The notes under the pieces: generated by a model
The model's input: only the letters and a program-made list of their open reading frames with translations
Told to the model about the DNA's origin: nothing
Database searches by the model: none
DNA from: Octopus bimaculoides
Taxonomy: Eukaryota
Assembly: GCF_001194135.2 (NCBI RefSeq)
Contig: NC_068987.1
Location: forward strand, 62,708,330 to 62,758,375
Direction of reading: 5' to 3'
Length of the DNA: 50,046 nt
Translations under genes and position numbers: made by a program
In this document: positions 23,378-34,304 of the stretch, one piece after another
Layout of the letters: each line of letters starts with the position of its first letter
Position numbering within the stretch: position 1 is the stretch's first letter

Positions 23378-24800
23378 ATTCATTCGTTTCAGTCATTTTA
23401 CTGCAGCCATGCTGGAGCACAGCCTTCAAGGGGTTTTAGTCGAACAAATCGAACCTAGGACTTAGTTTTTAAGCCTAGTGCTTATTCTGTCCGTCTCTCT
23501 TGTCAAACCGCTAAGTTACTGGGCAGTAAACACACCAACTCCAGTTGTCAAGCGATGGTGGGGGAACAAACACAGACACAAAGATACACACACATAGACA
23601 CATATAATTACATAGACACACACACACACACATATATATATGTGTGTGTGTGTGTGTGTGTATGTGTGCAATGTTGTTGTTGGCACTCCGTCGCTTACGA
23701 CGTCGAGGGTTCCAGTTGATCCGACCAACGGAACAGCCTGCTCGTAAAATTAACGTACAAGTGACTGAGCACTCCACAGACACGTGTACTCTTAACGTAG
23801 TTCTCGAGGATATTCAGCGTGACACAGTGTGACAAGGCTGACCCTTTGAATTACAGGTACAACAGAAACAGGAAGTAAGAGTGAGAGAAAGTTGTGGTAG
23901 AAGAGTACAGCAAGGTTCGCCACCATCCCCTGCCGGAGCCTCGTGGAGCTTTAGGTGTTNNNNNNNNNNNNNNNNNNNNNNNNNNNNNNNNNNNNNNNNN
24001 NNNNNNNNNNNNNNNNNNNNNNNNNNNNNNNNNNNNNNNNNNNNNNNNNNNNNNNNNNNNNNNNNNNNNNNNNNNNNNNNNNNNNNNNNNNNNNNNNNNN
24101 NNNNNNNNNNNNNNNNNNNNNNNNNNNNNNNNNNNNNNNNNNNNNNNNNNNNNNNNNNNNNNNNNNNNNNNNNNNNNNNNNNNNNNNNNNNNNNNNNNNN
24201 NNNNNNNNNNNNNNNNNNNNNNNNNNNNNNNNNNNNNNNNNNNNNNNNNNNNNNNNNNNNNNNNNNNNNNNNNNNNNNNNNNNNNNNNNNNNNNNNNNNN
24301 NNNNNNNNNNNNNNNNNNNNNNNNNNNNNNNNNNNNNNNNNNNNNNNNNNNNNNNNNNNNNNNNNNNNNNNNNNNNNNNNNNNNNNNNNNNNNNNNNNNN
24401 NNNNNNNNNNNNNNNNNNNNNNNNNNNNNNNNNNNNNNNNNNNNNNNNNNNNNNNNNNNNNNNNNNNNNNNNNNNNNNNNNNNNNNNNNNNNNNNNNNNN
24501 NNNNNNNNNNNNNNNNNNNNNNNNNNNNNNNNNNNNNNNNNNNNNNNNNNNNNNNNNNNNNNNNNNNNNNNNNNNNNNNNNNNNNNNNNNNNNNNNNNNN
24601 NNNNNNNNNNNNNNNNNNNNNNNNNNNNNNNNNNNNNNNNNNNNNNNNNNNNNNNNNNNNNNNNATATATATATATATATAATGCATGTATGTATGTATG
24701 TATACATACGTCTACCAAATCCACTCACAGGGCTTTCGTCGGCCCAAGACTATAGTACAAGACACCAAGGTGCCACGCAGTCAGATTGAACCCGGAGCCA
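23378..24800 (-). mobile_element. SINE family A split by a nested SINE B and a gap
   Basis: Family A tail at 23378-23640 and head remnant at 24706-24800 on the same strand. Confidence 0.65.
23671..23959 (-). mobile_element. SINE family B (3' part, 5' end in gap)
   Basis: Closely matches the 7461-7838 and 43025-43406 copies. Confidence 0.9.
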
Positions 24801-25221
24801 TATAGATGGCTCCTTTTCCTGCTCTTTTTACATCCTCATCTTCTATTTTTGTTTTATATTTCTACTTCCAATTGTTTTGACTTCCTTCTTATTTCTATTT
24901 CTTCTTATATATTCCTTCTACACCTATTCTTTTTTTTATTCGTTCTTCCCTTGAGATTTCTTCACCTTGTATCTCGTTCTTCCGTTCCTTTCTGAATGTC
25001 TACTATTTTCCGTTACTTGCAGCCGTTCCTTTTGTTTGTATTTCTTTTCTTCTACAACTGTTTCTCGTATTATATTTTAATTTCCTTTTTTTATTCCTTC
25101 TTCTTGTTCTGTTTAATACAATTCTGGTACTCTTTATTTCTGTTTCTTCCGAGAAATAGGAGAGAATGTAATAGAAGACTAAATTCAAAAGAAAGTAGTA
25201 CACAACTGTGTATGCATTTTA

Positions 25222-25585
25222 TTCTTTTATTTCAGTCATTTGACTGCGGCCATGCTGGAGCACCGCCTTTAGTCGAATAAATCGACCCCAGGACTTATTT
25301 TTTGTAAGCTTAGTACTTATTTTATCGGTCTCTTTTGCCGAACCGCTAAGTTACGGGGACGTAAACACACCAGCATCGGTTGTCAAGCGATGGTGGGGGA
25401 AAAAGATACAGATACACAAACATATATATACGACGGGATTCTTTCAGTTTCTGTCTATCAAATCCACTCACAAAGCTTTGGTCGGCCCGAAGATATAGTA
25501 GAAGACACCTACCCAAGGTGCCACGTAGTGGGACTGAACCCGGGACCATGTGGTTGGTAAGCAAGGCTACAGCCACTTCTACGCC
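25222..25585 (-). mobile_element. SINE family A, near full length
   Basis: Reverse complement of the 26611 copy over most of its length. Confidence 0.9.
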
Positions 25586-25724
25586 TGTGTATGTATGTAC
25601 GTATGTATTATGTATGTATGTATGTATGTATGTATGTATGTATGCATTATGCATACCGAATGAAGATTTTCAGAAAATTAATATCGTAGATGTGCTTAGG
25701 AAACGATGCTAAGTTATCATTGAT

Positions 25725-26058
25725 ATGGCTGTGTAGTAAGACGTTTGCTTCCCAACCACATGGTTCCGGGTTCAGTCTTCTTGTATAGCATAGCATCGGG
25801 CCGACCAAACATTTTTGAGTGAATTTGATAGACGGAAACTAAAAAACAGCTTGTCGTATATGGGTGTGTATTTGATAACCGGAGTTGGTTTGTTTACGTC
25901 CCTGCAATTTAGTATTTGGGTAAAAGAAACCGATAGAACAAGTGCCAGACTGTAAAAAGAAATAAGTACTGGGGTCGATCTGTTCGACTAAGACCCTTTA
26001 ACGTGGTGCCCCAGCATAGCCACGGTCTAATGGCTGAAACAAATAAGAGATAAAAGAT
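25725..26058 (+). mobile_element. SINE family A, older copy with internal deletions
   Basis: TGGCTGTGTAGTAAG...GGTTCCGGGTTCAGTC head and GGGGTCGATCTGTTCGAC tail. Confidence 0.8.
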
Positions 26059-26610
26059 AATGCATAGCATAAGTGGCCTACGGATCTAAGAACTTTTGGA
26101 CGGTTGCAAGTAGTTGATTTAATTGGCACGAGTAAATTACTGGTATTTTATTGTCAGAAATATACAAAGTAAAATAAATTCTGGCATAATGTGCATTTAA
26201 AACAAAAACACTAAATCCCGTAAATAATTTAGTGAAGCGATTCTATCAGATGCAGCGAGGTAACAAAAAAAAAATAGAAACATTAAGCTAATGATTAATT
26301 CTGATAGATGTAAGGGAGACGACTCCGCTCTTACACCATAGTCAGAAGTAAAGAAGCATTAGCCTAACATTTAATTAGGGGGAACGACTCCAAAGACCTC
26401 CAAAATGAAGCACAGTCTGACCGAGTGATTAACAGCTAAAACATGCAACTAAAAATGTCTAAACTCATCTACCCAGAGATCAAATAAATAAGAAATAAAA
26501 TAAGTAATAATCCTACGCAATTTCGAATTCATTTATCTTAGACTTATAAAATCCTTCAGCAATTTAGAAATACTGCAACTTTGAAACATCAATGTTGAAA
26601 GATAATTTCA

Positions 26611-27025
26611 GAGGAGTGGCTGTGTGGTAAGTAGCTTGCTTACCAACCACATGGTTCCGGGTTCAGTCCCACTGCGTGGCACCTTGGGCAAGTGTCTTCT
26701 ACTATAGCCTCGGGCCGACCAAAGCTTTGTGAGTGGATTTGGTAGACGGAAACTGAAAGAAGCCCATCGTATATATGTATATATATATGTATGTGTGTGT
26801 ATATGTTTGTGTGTCTGTGTTTGTCCCCCCACCCCCACCCAGTATCGTTTGACAACCGATGGTGGTGTGTTTACGTCCCCGTAACTTAGCGGTTCGGCAA
26901 AAGAGACCGATGGAATAAGTATTAGGCTTCCAAAGAATAAGTCCTGGGGTCGATTTGTTCGACTAAAGGCGGTGCTCCAGCATGGCCGCAGTCAAATGAC
27001 AGAAACAAGTAAAAGAGTAAAAGAG
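26611..27025 (+). mobile_element. SINE family A, young full-length copy
   Basis: A-box TGGCTGTGTGGTAAG, B-box GGTTCAGTCCC, GCACCTTGGGCAAGT (CORE-like start), TG/TA centre and (GTAAAAGA)n tail. Confidence 0.92.
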
Positions 27026-27169
27026 ATACCTGATTATTTGTATTACATGTAAAGTAACAATTAAGAAAGACTGTACTGCTTTTACTTGCTTTAAATATAT
27101 ATCAGTAACACGACATCAAAGTTCCTGGTCAAACACAGAATCAAGTGTCATATAAAGAGTAAGGGTAAA

Positions 27170-27493
27170 GACCCCCTTTTGTCATGAGTGACCATGAGAT
27201 TGCACCAAGAAAGTTCCCCTCCGAGGTAAAAGTCCAGGCATGGTTGTTTATGGAAGACGAGTAGTCGACTGTGGCTCCCCTCTCCATGCTACCTATGTTA
27301 TCCAAGGGAAACTAAAAGGCTGATACAGCTCAGCACCAGTGATGTCGCAACTCATTTCTACAGCTGAGTTAACTGGAGCAACATGAAAAATAAAGTATCT
27401 TGCTCAAGAACAAAAGACACAGCCGAGTCTAGGAATCGAACTCACTACCTCATGGTTATGAGCCCAACGTTCTAACCATTGAGCTATGTGCCT
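27170..27493 (-). mobile_element. CORE-like SINE sharing head and core with family C but with a different tail
   Basis: Reverse complement: AGGCACATAGCTCAATGGTTAG...GAGTTCGATTCC...GTTCTTGAGCAAGATACTT...TTGCTCCAGTTAACTCAGCTGTAGAAATGAG, tail GGGGTCTTTACCCTT. Confidence 0.8.
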
Positions 27494-27836
27494 ATACTGA
27501 TACATATATATAGTTTAGAAATATGGCATTTATGAAGACTAACCCCTTACTGCCTATATGGTATAAACTCAAGGGAAGTGAATACCAAGTAAACCTGACA
27601 TTGGGTGTGCTCTCTGTTGAACAGCTAACCACTGTATTGACTGAACACTGCATATACCTCTTTGACCAATATTTCAATGGGTCCTGTTTACTGAATTAGT
27701 GCCTAAGTCAAATGGAAATCAATAAGCTGGCAAAACATTTACTGAAACTAGTCATAACCACACTTGCTCTCATTTTCATACCCATACTTGTCATGACTTG
27801 GACATCTTAATTTTCATCAACATATATGTAAAAACA

Positions 27837-28144
27837 GTGGAGGCGCAATGGCCCAATGGTTAGGGCAGCGGACTCGCGGTCATAGGATCGCGGTTTCGAT
27901 TCCCAGACTGGGCGTTGTGAGTGTTTATTGAGCAAAAACACCTAAGGCTCCACGAGGCTCCGGCAGGGGATGGTGGCGAACCCTGCTGTACTCTTCCACC
28001 ACAGCTTTCTCTCACTCTTACTTCTTGTTTCTGTTGTGCCTGTAATTCAAAGAGTCAGCCTTGTCACACTGTGTCACGCTGAATATCCCCAAGAACTACC
28101 TTAAGGGCACACGTGTCTGTGGAGTGCTCAGCCACTTGCACGTT
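27837..28144 (+). mobile_element. SINE family B (3' end in gap)
   Basis: GTGGAGGCGCAATGGCCC head; body matches the other B copies. Confidence 0.9.
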
Positions 28145-29194
28145 NNNNNNNNNNNNNNNNNNNNNNNNNNNNNNNNNNNNNNNNNNNNNNNNNNNNNNNN
28201 NNNNNNNNNNNNNNNNNNNNNNNNNNNNNNNNNNNNNNNNNNNNNNNNNNNNNNNNNNNNNNNNNNNNNNNNNNNNNNNNGCATTCTCTAGTACAGTTAT
28301 TATATAAGTTCACTCACTTAAGAAAACCACATTTTACAAAAGACAACAACAACACTGATATTTCCATAGATTTTTTTTGTCATGGATATTTTTCACAGGA
28401 CTTTGGCAATACTATGTATTTTTATTTACAATGATGAGTATAAGTTTACGTTTAATTTAACCACCATACTAGGAAATTATACAGTAACTAAAATTTACAC
28501 ATGGTTCACATATATTTTACTGGGGTATAGGGCATGATAAAATGCACCCAGTACATGCTGAAAAGGGATTAGTGATAGCAAAAACGTCACCAGCATTTTT
28601 TTTTTTTTTTTGCATTTTTTCCAAGGCAATGTTCTACTGTCAGATGCCTTTCCTGATGCCAACCCTTATTTGTTCCAAGTTTTATTACACTGGTTTTCAC
28701 ACACTGAACTGCTGATGTACAGGATATATTTGTGAAACATAAAGAAATGTCACCATTACCTAAGCATTCACAGTGAGAAGACATGCAGAGATGATGTACA
28801 CAACCATAAAATTGATAATTTTCTGTTATATTAGACAACAAAGGATTATGACAAGTAGCAAGAGATTGTGCCGACCAAGCCAACTTATGCAAGCATGGAA
28901 AACCGAATGTAAGCAAATAATGAGGGTATCAATGTCTTCCACATAACTCCTATCATGGTAGGAATATTTTCCTGCTCTGACAAAATAATCAAGGATAATA
29001 TAACAACACATCATGGCATGTATAGTGAACAAATTGAGGTACTGTAGCATGGGAACTCAATTGTTTATTTCCAGCCAATGTTTCTCTCCACATATATTAC
29101 TGGTATCATATATTACTGTATGGTAGCTTAGAGAACAATTTCTAATATATTATTAAATATAATTTACAGATAAAATTTAAGCACATACATCACA

Positions 29195-30223
29195 TTAGTA
29201 TGATTTCTGTCCTGAATGTATTTGTTTATGGCGAAATAAATTGCTCCTTTCAGAAAATGTTTTATCACAGATATCGCAGTGATATGGTTTTTCTCCAGTG
29301 TGAATACGTTTATGGCGAAATAAATTGCTTCTTTCAGAAAATTTTTTACTACAAATATCACAGTGGTATGGTTTCTCTCCAGTGTGAATGTGTTTGTGGC
29401 GAAGTAAATTCCTTTTGTGAGAAAATGTTTTATCACAAATATCACAATGATATAATTTAAAACCTGTGTGAATTTGTTTATGGCAAAACATAGTGTTAAA
29501 ATTAGAGAATGTTTTACCACAGATATCACAGTAACATTGGTTCTCACCTGAGTGAATATATTTGTGATTTGATAAATATTTGGAGACAGAGAATGATTTA
29601 CCACAGATATCACACTGATATGGTTTTTCTCCAGTGTGAAGACGTTTATGGCTAGATAAACTACTACTTTCAGTGAAAGCTTTTCCACAGACAACGCAAC
29701 AGTATGGCTTCTCCCCTGTGTGAATACGGATATGGTTAGACAAATGACCGCTTTGTGAAAATGATTTACCACATACATCACAATGGTGGGGCTTCTCACC
29801 TGTGTGAATACGTATATGGATGGATAAGTTTCTAGATTCAGAAAATGCTTTACCACAAATATTACAGTGGTGTGGTTTCACACCTGTGTGAATGCGTTTA
29901 TGTCGAGAAAACGCACTACTTACAGCGAACGTTTTACCACAGATAGTACAGTGATAGGGCCTCTCTCCTGTGTGAATACGTACATGCATAGATAAAAGAC
30001 TACTATGAGAAAATGTTTTACTGCAAATTTCACAATGGTAAAGGTTTGCACCTCTGTGAATTAATTTATGTTGGATTAACTGACTTTTGTTTTTGAATGT
30101 CTTCTTACATAAGTCACAGGAATATGATTTCTTTGGTTTTTCTTCCTTAGTTTCAGGAGAAACATCAATATTTTCAAGTTGTGTTTTATCATAGGCCTCG
30201 CTTTCACACACTTTCTTCTCCAT
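29195..30223 (-). CDS. C2H2 zinc-finger protein, 342 aa, 11 tandem fingers (octopus-type ZNF expansion member)
   Basis: Uninterrupted ORF with 11 C-x2-C-x12-H-x3-H fingers, mostly with TGEKP-type linkers (e.g. HTGEKPYHCDIC), after a ~33-aa acidic/basic leader. No KRAB or BTB domain in this exon. Confidence 0.95.
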   Translation of the reverse strand: MEKKVCESEAYDKTQLENIDVSPETKEEKPKKSYSCDLCKKTFKNKSQLIQHKLIHRGANLYHCEICSKTFSHSSLLSMHVRIHTGERPYHCTICGKTFAVSSAFSRHKRIHTGVKPHHCNICGKAFSESRNLSIHIRIHTGEKPHHCDVCGKSFSQSGHLSNHIRIHTGEKPYCCVVCGKAFTESSSLSSHKRLHTGEKPYQCDICGKSFSVSKYLSNHKYIHSGENQCYCDICGKTFSNFNTMFCHKQIHTGFKLYHCDICDKTFSHKRNLLRHKHIHTGEKPYHCDICSKKFSERSNLFRHKRIHTGEKPYHCDICDKTFSERSNLFRHKQIHSGQKSY

Positions 30224-30309
30224 AATAAAAGTCTTGTTAATTAGACACTGCAGAATTTTTTTTTTTTTTTTTTTTTCGCGTTGTAATTTACAACAAAGAA
30301 ATATTTCTT

Positions 30310-30506
30310 TTACTCTTCAGCCTTCAGAGTACTTTGTCAAATGTAATGCTTATTCCCATTGCTTTGAATTAACCATGCTTTATCTGGTAGCTTTGAGGTT
30401 TTGGTGACGTGATTGCATATTGTTGGATAGGTGTGAGAAACCAGATCTGGCCTGTTTGAAAATAAAACAAGTGGAAAATTTGGGCTGGATATGGTTAAAG
30501 GGTTAA
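30310..30506. mobile_element. piggyBac-like MITE about 90 bp upstream of the ZNF start codon
   Basis: Right end GGTTAAAGGGTTAA and decayed left end TTACTCTTCAGC; a related end (TTAACCTTTTAGC...CTATCCAGCCAAAAT) occurs at ~44361-44405. TTAA+CCC termini are the piggyBac signature. Confidence 0.55.
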
Positions 30507-31139
30507 AGATTATATTTTCCAGAACAATGCGCCTTGTCAAAGTATGAATTTATCTTCTCAGAGACTATTCTTCTGACTAAAGATAAAAATGTATCAATAT
30601 ATAAAGTATATGTAATTTTGCTCCAGTCTTAACGTACACTCAGATATGAGAGACATTATACACAGGTCTGTTAAATTATCATGGAAGATTTTCTCAGTTT
30701 AATCTGGGCTCAGAACCATCAGGTAGTATATTGCCAATTAAATCATTGCAGTTAAAAACCACTTGAGAAGAAATATTTCACATTAATTTAAGTTTGCAGA
30801 CACAAAACCAAATGACAAGGTTATTTTTCAGTCTTTGAAATCTGACAAATTTTTTTGGCTCCATATTGGGTGTGAAATTCTCAAGTCAATGTTTTTAGAC
30901 AACCTGAAATAGATAAATAGTATATGATATAAAAGACAAATTACATGTTACTTCAGAGGTTATTAGAAAAAGGAAAAATACTAAGAGTTAAAGTAAAAGG
31001 GAATAAAATAGATTGTATGATACATGTGTACAAAATGCAATACTGCATGGTAGTGGAATATACCCCTTGAATGCAGAAGATTTGCAATGGTTACAAAAAA
31101 ATGAAGCAAGTATGCTCTGATGCAATATGTAATATTAAT

Positions 31140-31218
31140 ATGCGCAAATGTGTTGGGGGACAAGGTGGATATAAAAGGAACTGGATGTAGTATGCAAGAG
31201 AGAAGACTGCACTTGTTC
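31140..31218 (+). mobile_element. Small RTE LINE fragment
   Basis: ANVLGDKVDIKGTGCSMQERRLH parallels STLREKLDLRSSRCGMQER in the 39.7-kb RTE. Confidence 0.55.
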
Positions 31219-31256
31219 ATATTTCTATTCAATCTCTTTACTAGCAATTATCATGT

Positions 31257-31258
<2 letters not shown>

Positions 31259-31292
<34 letters not shown>
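31259..31292. repeat. (CT)n microsatellite
   Basis: Direct repeat. Confidence 0.9.
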
Positions 31293-31298
<6 letters not shown>

Positions 31299-32427
31299 AA
31301 TTACTCTCTTAACACCCAATTTGCACCAACCCCTCTGACACACACAATTTCTGTAATTTTTCAAGTGTGGCTTTCTTCCAAAATTTCTTTTCTCAGCTTA
31401 ATGTTTTAAACAGCTGAAATTAAGATTCTTAAANNNNNNNNNNNNNNNNNNNNNNNNNNNNNNNNNNNNNNNNNNNNNNNNNNNNNNNNNNNNNNNNNNN
31501 NNNNNNNNNNNNNNNNNNNNNNNNNNNNNNNNNNNNNNNNNNNNNNNNNNNNNNNNNNNNNNNNNNNNNNNNNNNNNNNNNNNNNNNNNNNNNNNNNNNN
31601 NNNNNNNNNNNNNNNNNNNNNNNNNNNNNNNNNNNNNNNNNNNNNNNNNNNNNNNNNNNNNNNNNNNNNNNNNNNNNNNNNNNNNNNNNNNNNNNNNNNN
31701 NNNNNNNNNNNNNNNNNNNNNNNNNNNNNNNNNNNNNNNNNNNNNNNNNNNNNNNNNNNNNNNNNNNNNNNNNNNNNNNNNNNNNNNNNNNNNNNNNNNN
31801 NNNNNNNNNNNNNNNNNNNNNNNNNNNNNNNNNNNNNNNNNNNNNNNNNNNNNNNNNNNNNNNNNNNNNNNNNNNNNNNNNNNNNNNNNNNNNNNNNNNN
31901 NNNNNNNNNNNNNNNNNNNNNNNNNNNNNNNNNNNNNNNNNNNNNNNNNNNNNNNNNNNNNNNNNNNNNNNNNNNNNNNNNNNNNNNNNNNNNNNNNNNN
32001 NNNNNNNNNNNNNNNNNNNNNNNNNNNNNNNNNNNNNNNNNNNNNNNNNNNNNNNNNNNNNNNNNNNNNNNNNNNNNNNNNNNNNNNNNNNNNNNNNNNN
32101 NNNNNNNNNNNNNNNNNNNNNNNNNNNNNNNNNNNNGACCCTTTTTTTTTGTTTTTGTTTTTTATCTGCCTTGCAGAATCTTAATTTATGATGCTTTAAT
32201 TTATACATCAGAAAATTTATGAACCTCAGTGCAGTAAGTAATTCTCAATTTTTGCCAATAGGAATGCTAGATGTACATATTTGTATTGAAAGATCACTTA
32301 ACAGGCTTCTGCAGTTTCTGTCTATAAGATTCTACTCATGAGTCTTCCAAATCAGGGACTCCATGGTTACCATGCACCTACAGAACAACTCCAACCCACA
32401 GAAACTATATCACTCATCTTTTACACC

Positions 32428-32560
32428 AGCAGTCCCCAGCATTTTTTACATCCCAAACCAGTTTCATGCAAGACAATTTTTCCACAGACTTGAGGATCAT
32501 GCACATAACATAAGACAGTTACGTGCATAATATACAACTTAATTATTACACAGGTAGCAG
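32428..32560. mobile_element. Possible hAT/Charlie (MER1-like) terminal remnant
   Basis: CAGCAGTCCCCAGCATTTTT...CCAGTTTCATGCAAGACAATTTTTCCACAGAC resembles, from memory, Charlie-type MITE termini. Confidence 0.35.
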
Positions 32561-33566
32561 GGATTTGAACCTTAACCACTAGATACTCAGTTAGACATCA
32601 CAAATGAACCACAGTTTCATGTGATTGATCTACAAATTGACCAACCAGCATAAAGCTGTGGTGTGATATGGTTTACTCAGATGTTCTAAAATTTAACCCC
32701 TTTTCACCTTAAGAAACAGTTTGGAGCTTAACTCATTGCGGAGTATTGAAAGCAACTGATTGATTCACACACCTCATATCTTGCCAAGCAGACAACCTCC
32801 AGTACTCAAGCAGGCAGCTTTGGACTTTTGTGCAGACAACTTCTTACTCAGACAGACTGATTCTGAACATACACAAGTAGCTTCTACATGATATCCCACA
32901 AGTAGCTTCTATAGACAAGGCATGGATTTCCTCTCTTCCCAGTTGGCAATTATATTATTAGTATTTTCATATTATTAATATAGCCAACACAATATATCAG
33001 TTGGCAATTGTATTATTAACATTTTTCATAGTAAATAGCTAACACCAAATACGTCAGCCAATAAATATTAAAATTAAGGGTTTATGGCTTTGCTTCAATA
33101 ATTATTCACACAGTCAATGACATTCCACACGTACCCTACAACATGGTAATGAAGCCATCCATGACAATTCAGATGTTTAAAATATATCATAATTAACCAG
33201 CTCAATACAAGCACACAAGTAAATCTAGGGCACATATATATGTATTATATGATATATATACATATATATACATGGTGAATACATATGTACTGACAGAGAA
33301 TTAAGTCTGGAATCAGCCAAATTGAACAGTCCCTATTGATGAGGCTATAGAATTAGCCGACACTGACCAGTCAGTATAGAGAATTTCTCAACTGGTGTTT
33401 TCAGTACATATGTATAGAATTACATACTTTAACTACAGTATTAGAGCTTTTTAGCTCTTATTTCTAGCAATGTTATAACACCCTAGTCATATTTAGTGAC
33501 AATTATGGTTTACCTTTTTGGTAACACATTGCACATGAGTATCTATATTAATTTTTTTATATATTT

Positions 33567-33913
33567 AGACGCAGGCATGGATGTGTGGTAAGAAGCTGGC
33601 TTCCCAAACCACATGGTTCCAGGTTCAGTCCCACTGTGTGGCACTTTGAGCAAGTGTCTTCTACTACATCCTCAGGCCAAACTGAAAGAAGCCCGTCGTG
33701 TATGTGTGTTTGTATTTGTCTCATCACTATCGCTTGACAACCGATGCTGGTGTGTTTATGTCCCCGTATTCTAACAGTTCAGCAAAAGACACCGATGAAA
33801 TAAATACTAGGCTTACAAAGAATAAGTCCTGAGGTCGATTTTTTCAACTAAAACCCTTTAAGTCAGTGCTCCAGCATGGCCGCAGAAACAAGTAATAGAA
33901 GAATAAAAGAATA
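33567..33913 (+). mobile_element. SINE family A, CpG-decayed copy
   Basis: Head GCAGGCATGGATGTGTGGTAAG, GGTTCAGTCCC and a family A tail. Confidence 0.85.
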
Positions 33914-34304
33914 TATTAAAGCTTTGTAGGTACGTGGCACTTCGTTATGCAAACACAATATGCTATGAAGTATACTAAATGCTTTTGTAAGTCAGTACCA
34001 CATCCCACTGCGTCAGCAGGGCTTGTTACATTATTTTAAAGTTTGTTTCTACAGATATTCTATAGAAACTACAGCCAGTACTGATAGCTATAATTTACAT
34101 CCTTGTAACTTAGCAGTTAGACCAATATAATAAGTACAAGGCTTACAAAAAGTAAGTACTGAAGTCAATTTATTTGAGCGAAAAAATTCAAGGTGGTGTC
34201 CCAGCATGGTAGCGGTCTAATGTAAAAGATAAAAGATTTTGTGGGACTCAGTCTGAGGCACAGGGGTTGGGAAGCCCTGCCTTACACGACTATTTACTAT
34301 TCAT

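Noticed and set aside
27492-27690. hAT dimerisation-domain remnant (DPLKYW...LVFIN)
   Set aside because: Only two short motifs, spacing too short, and no termini found.
29164-29856. 230-aa ORF overlapping the ZNF in another frame
   Set aside because: A shadow frame of the 84-bp finger repeat with no independent domain signal.
32939-33055. ~59-bp twofold tandem duplication
   Set aside because: Real but an ordinary local duplication with no further structure.
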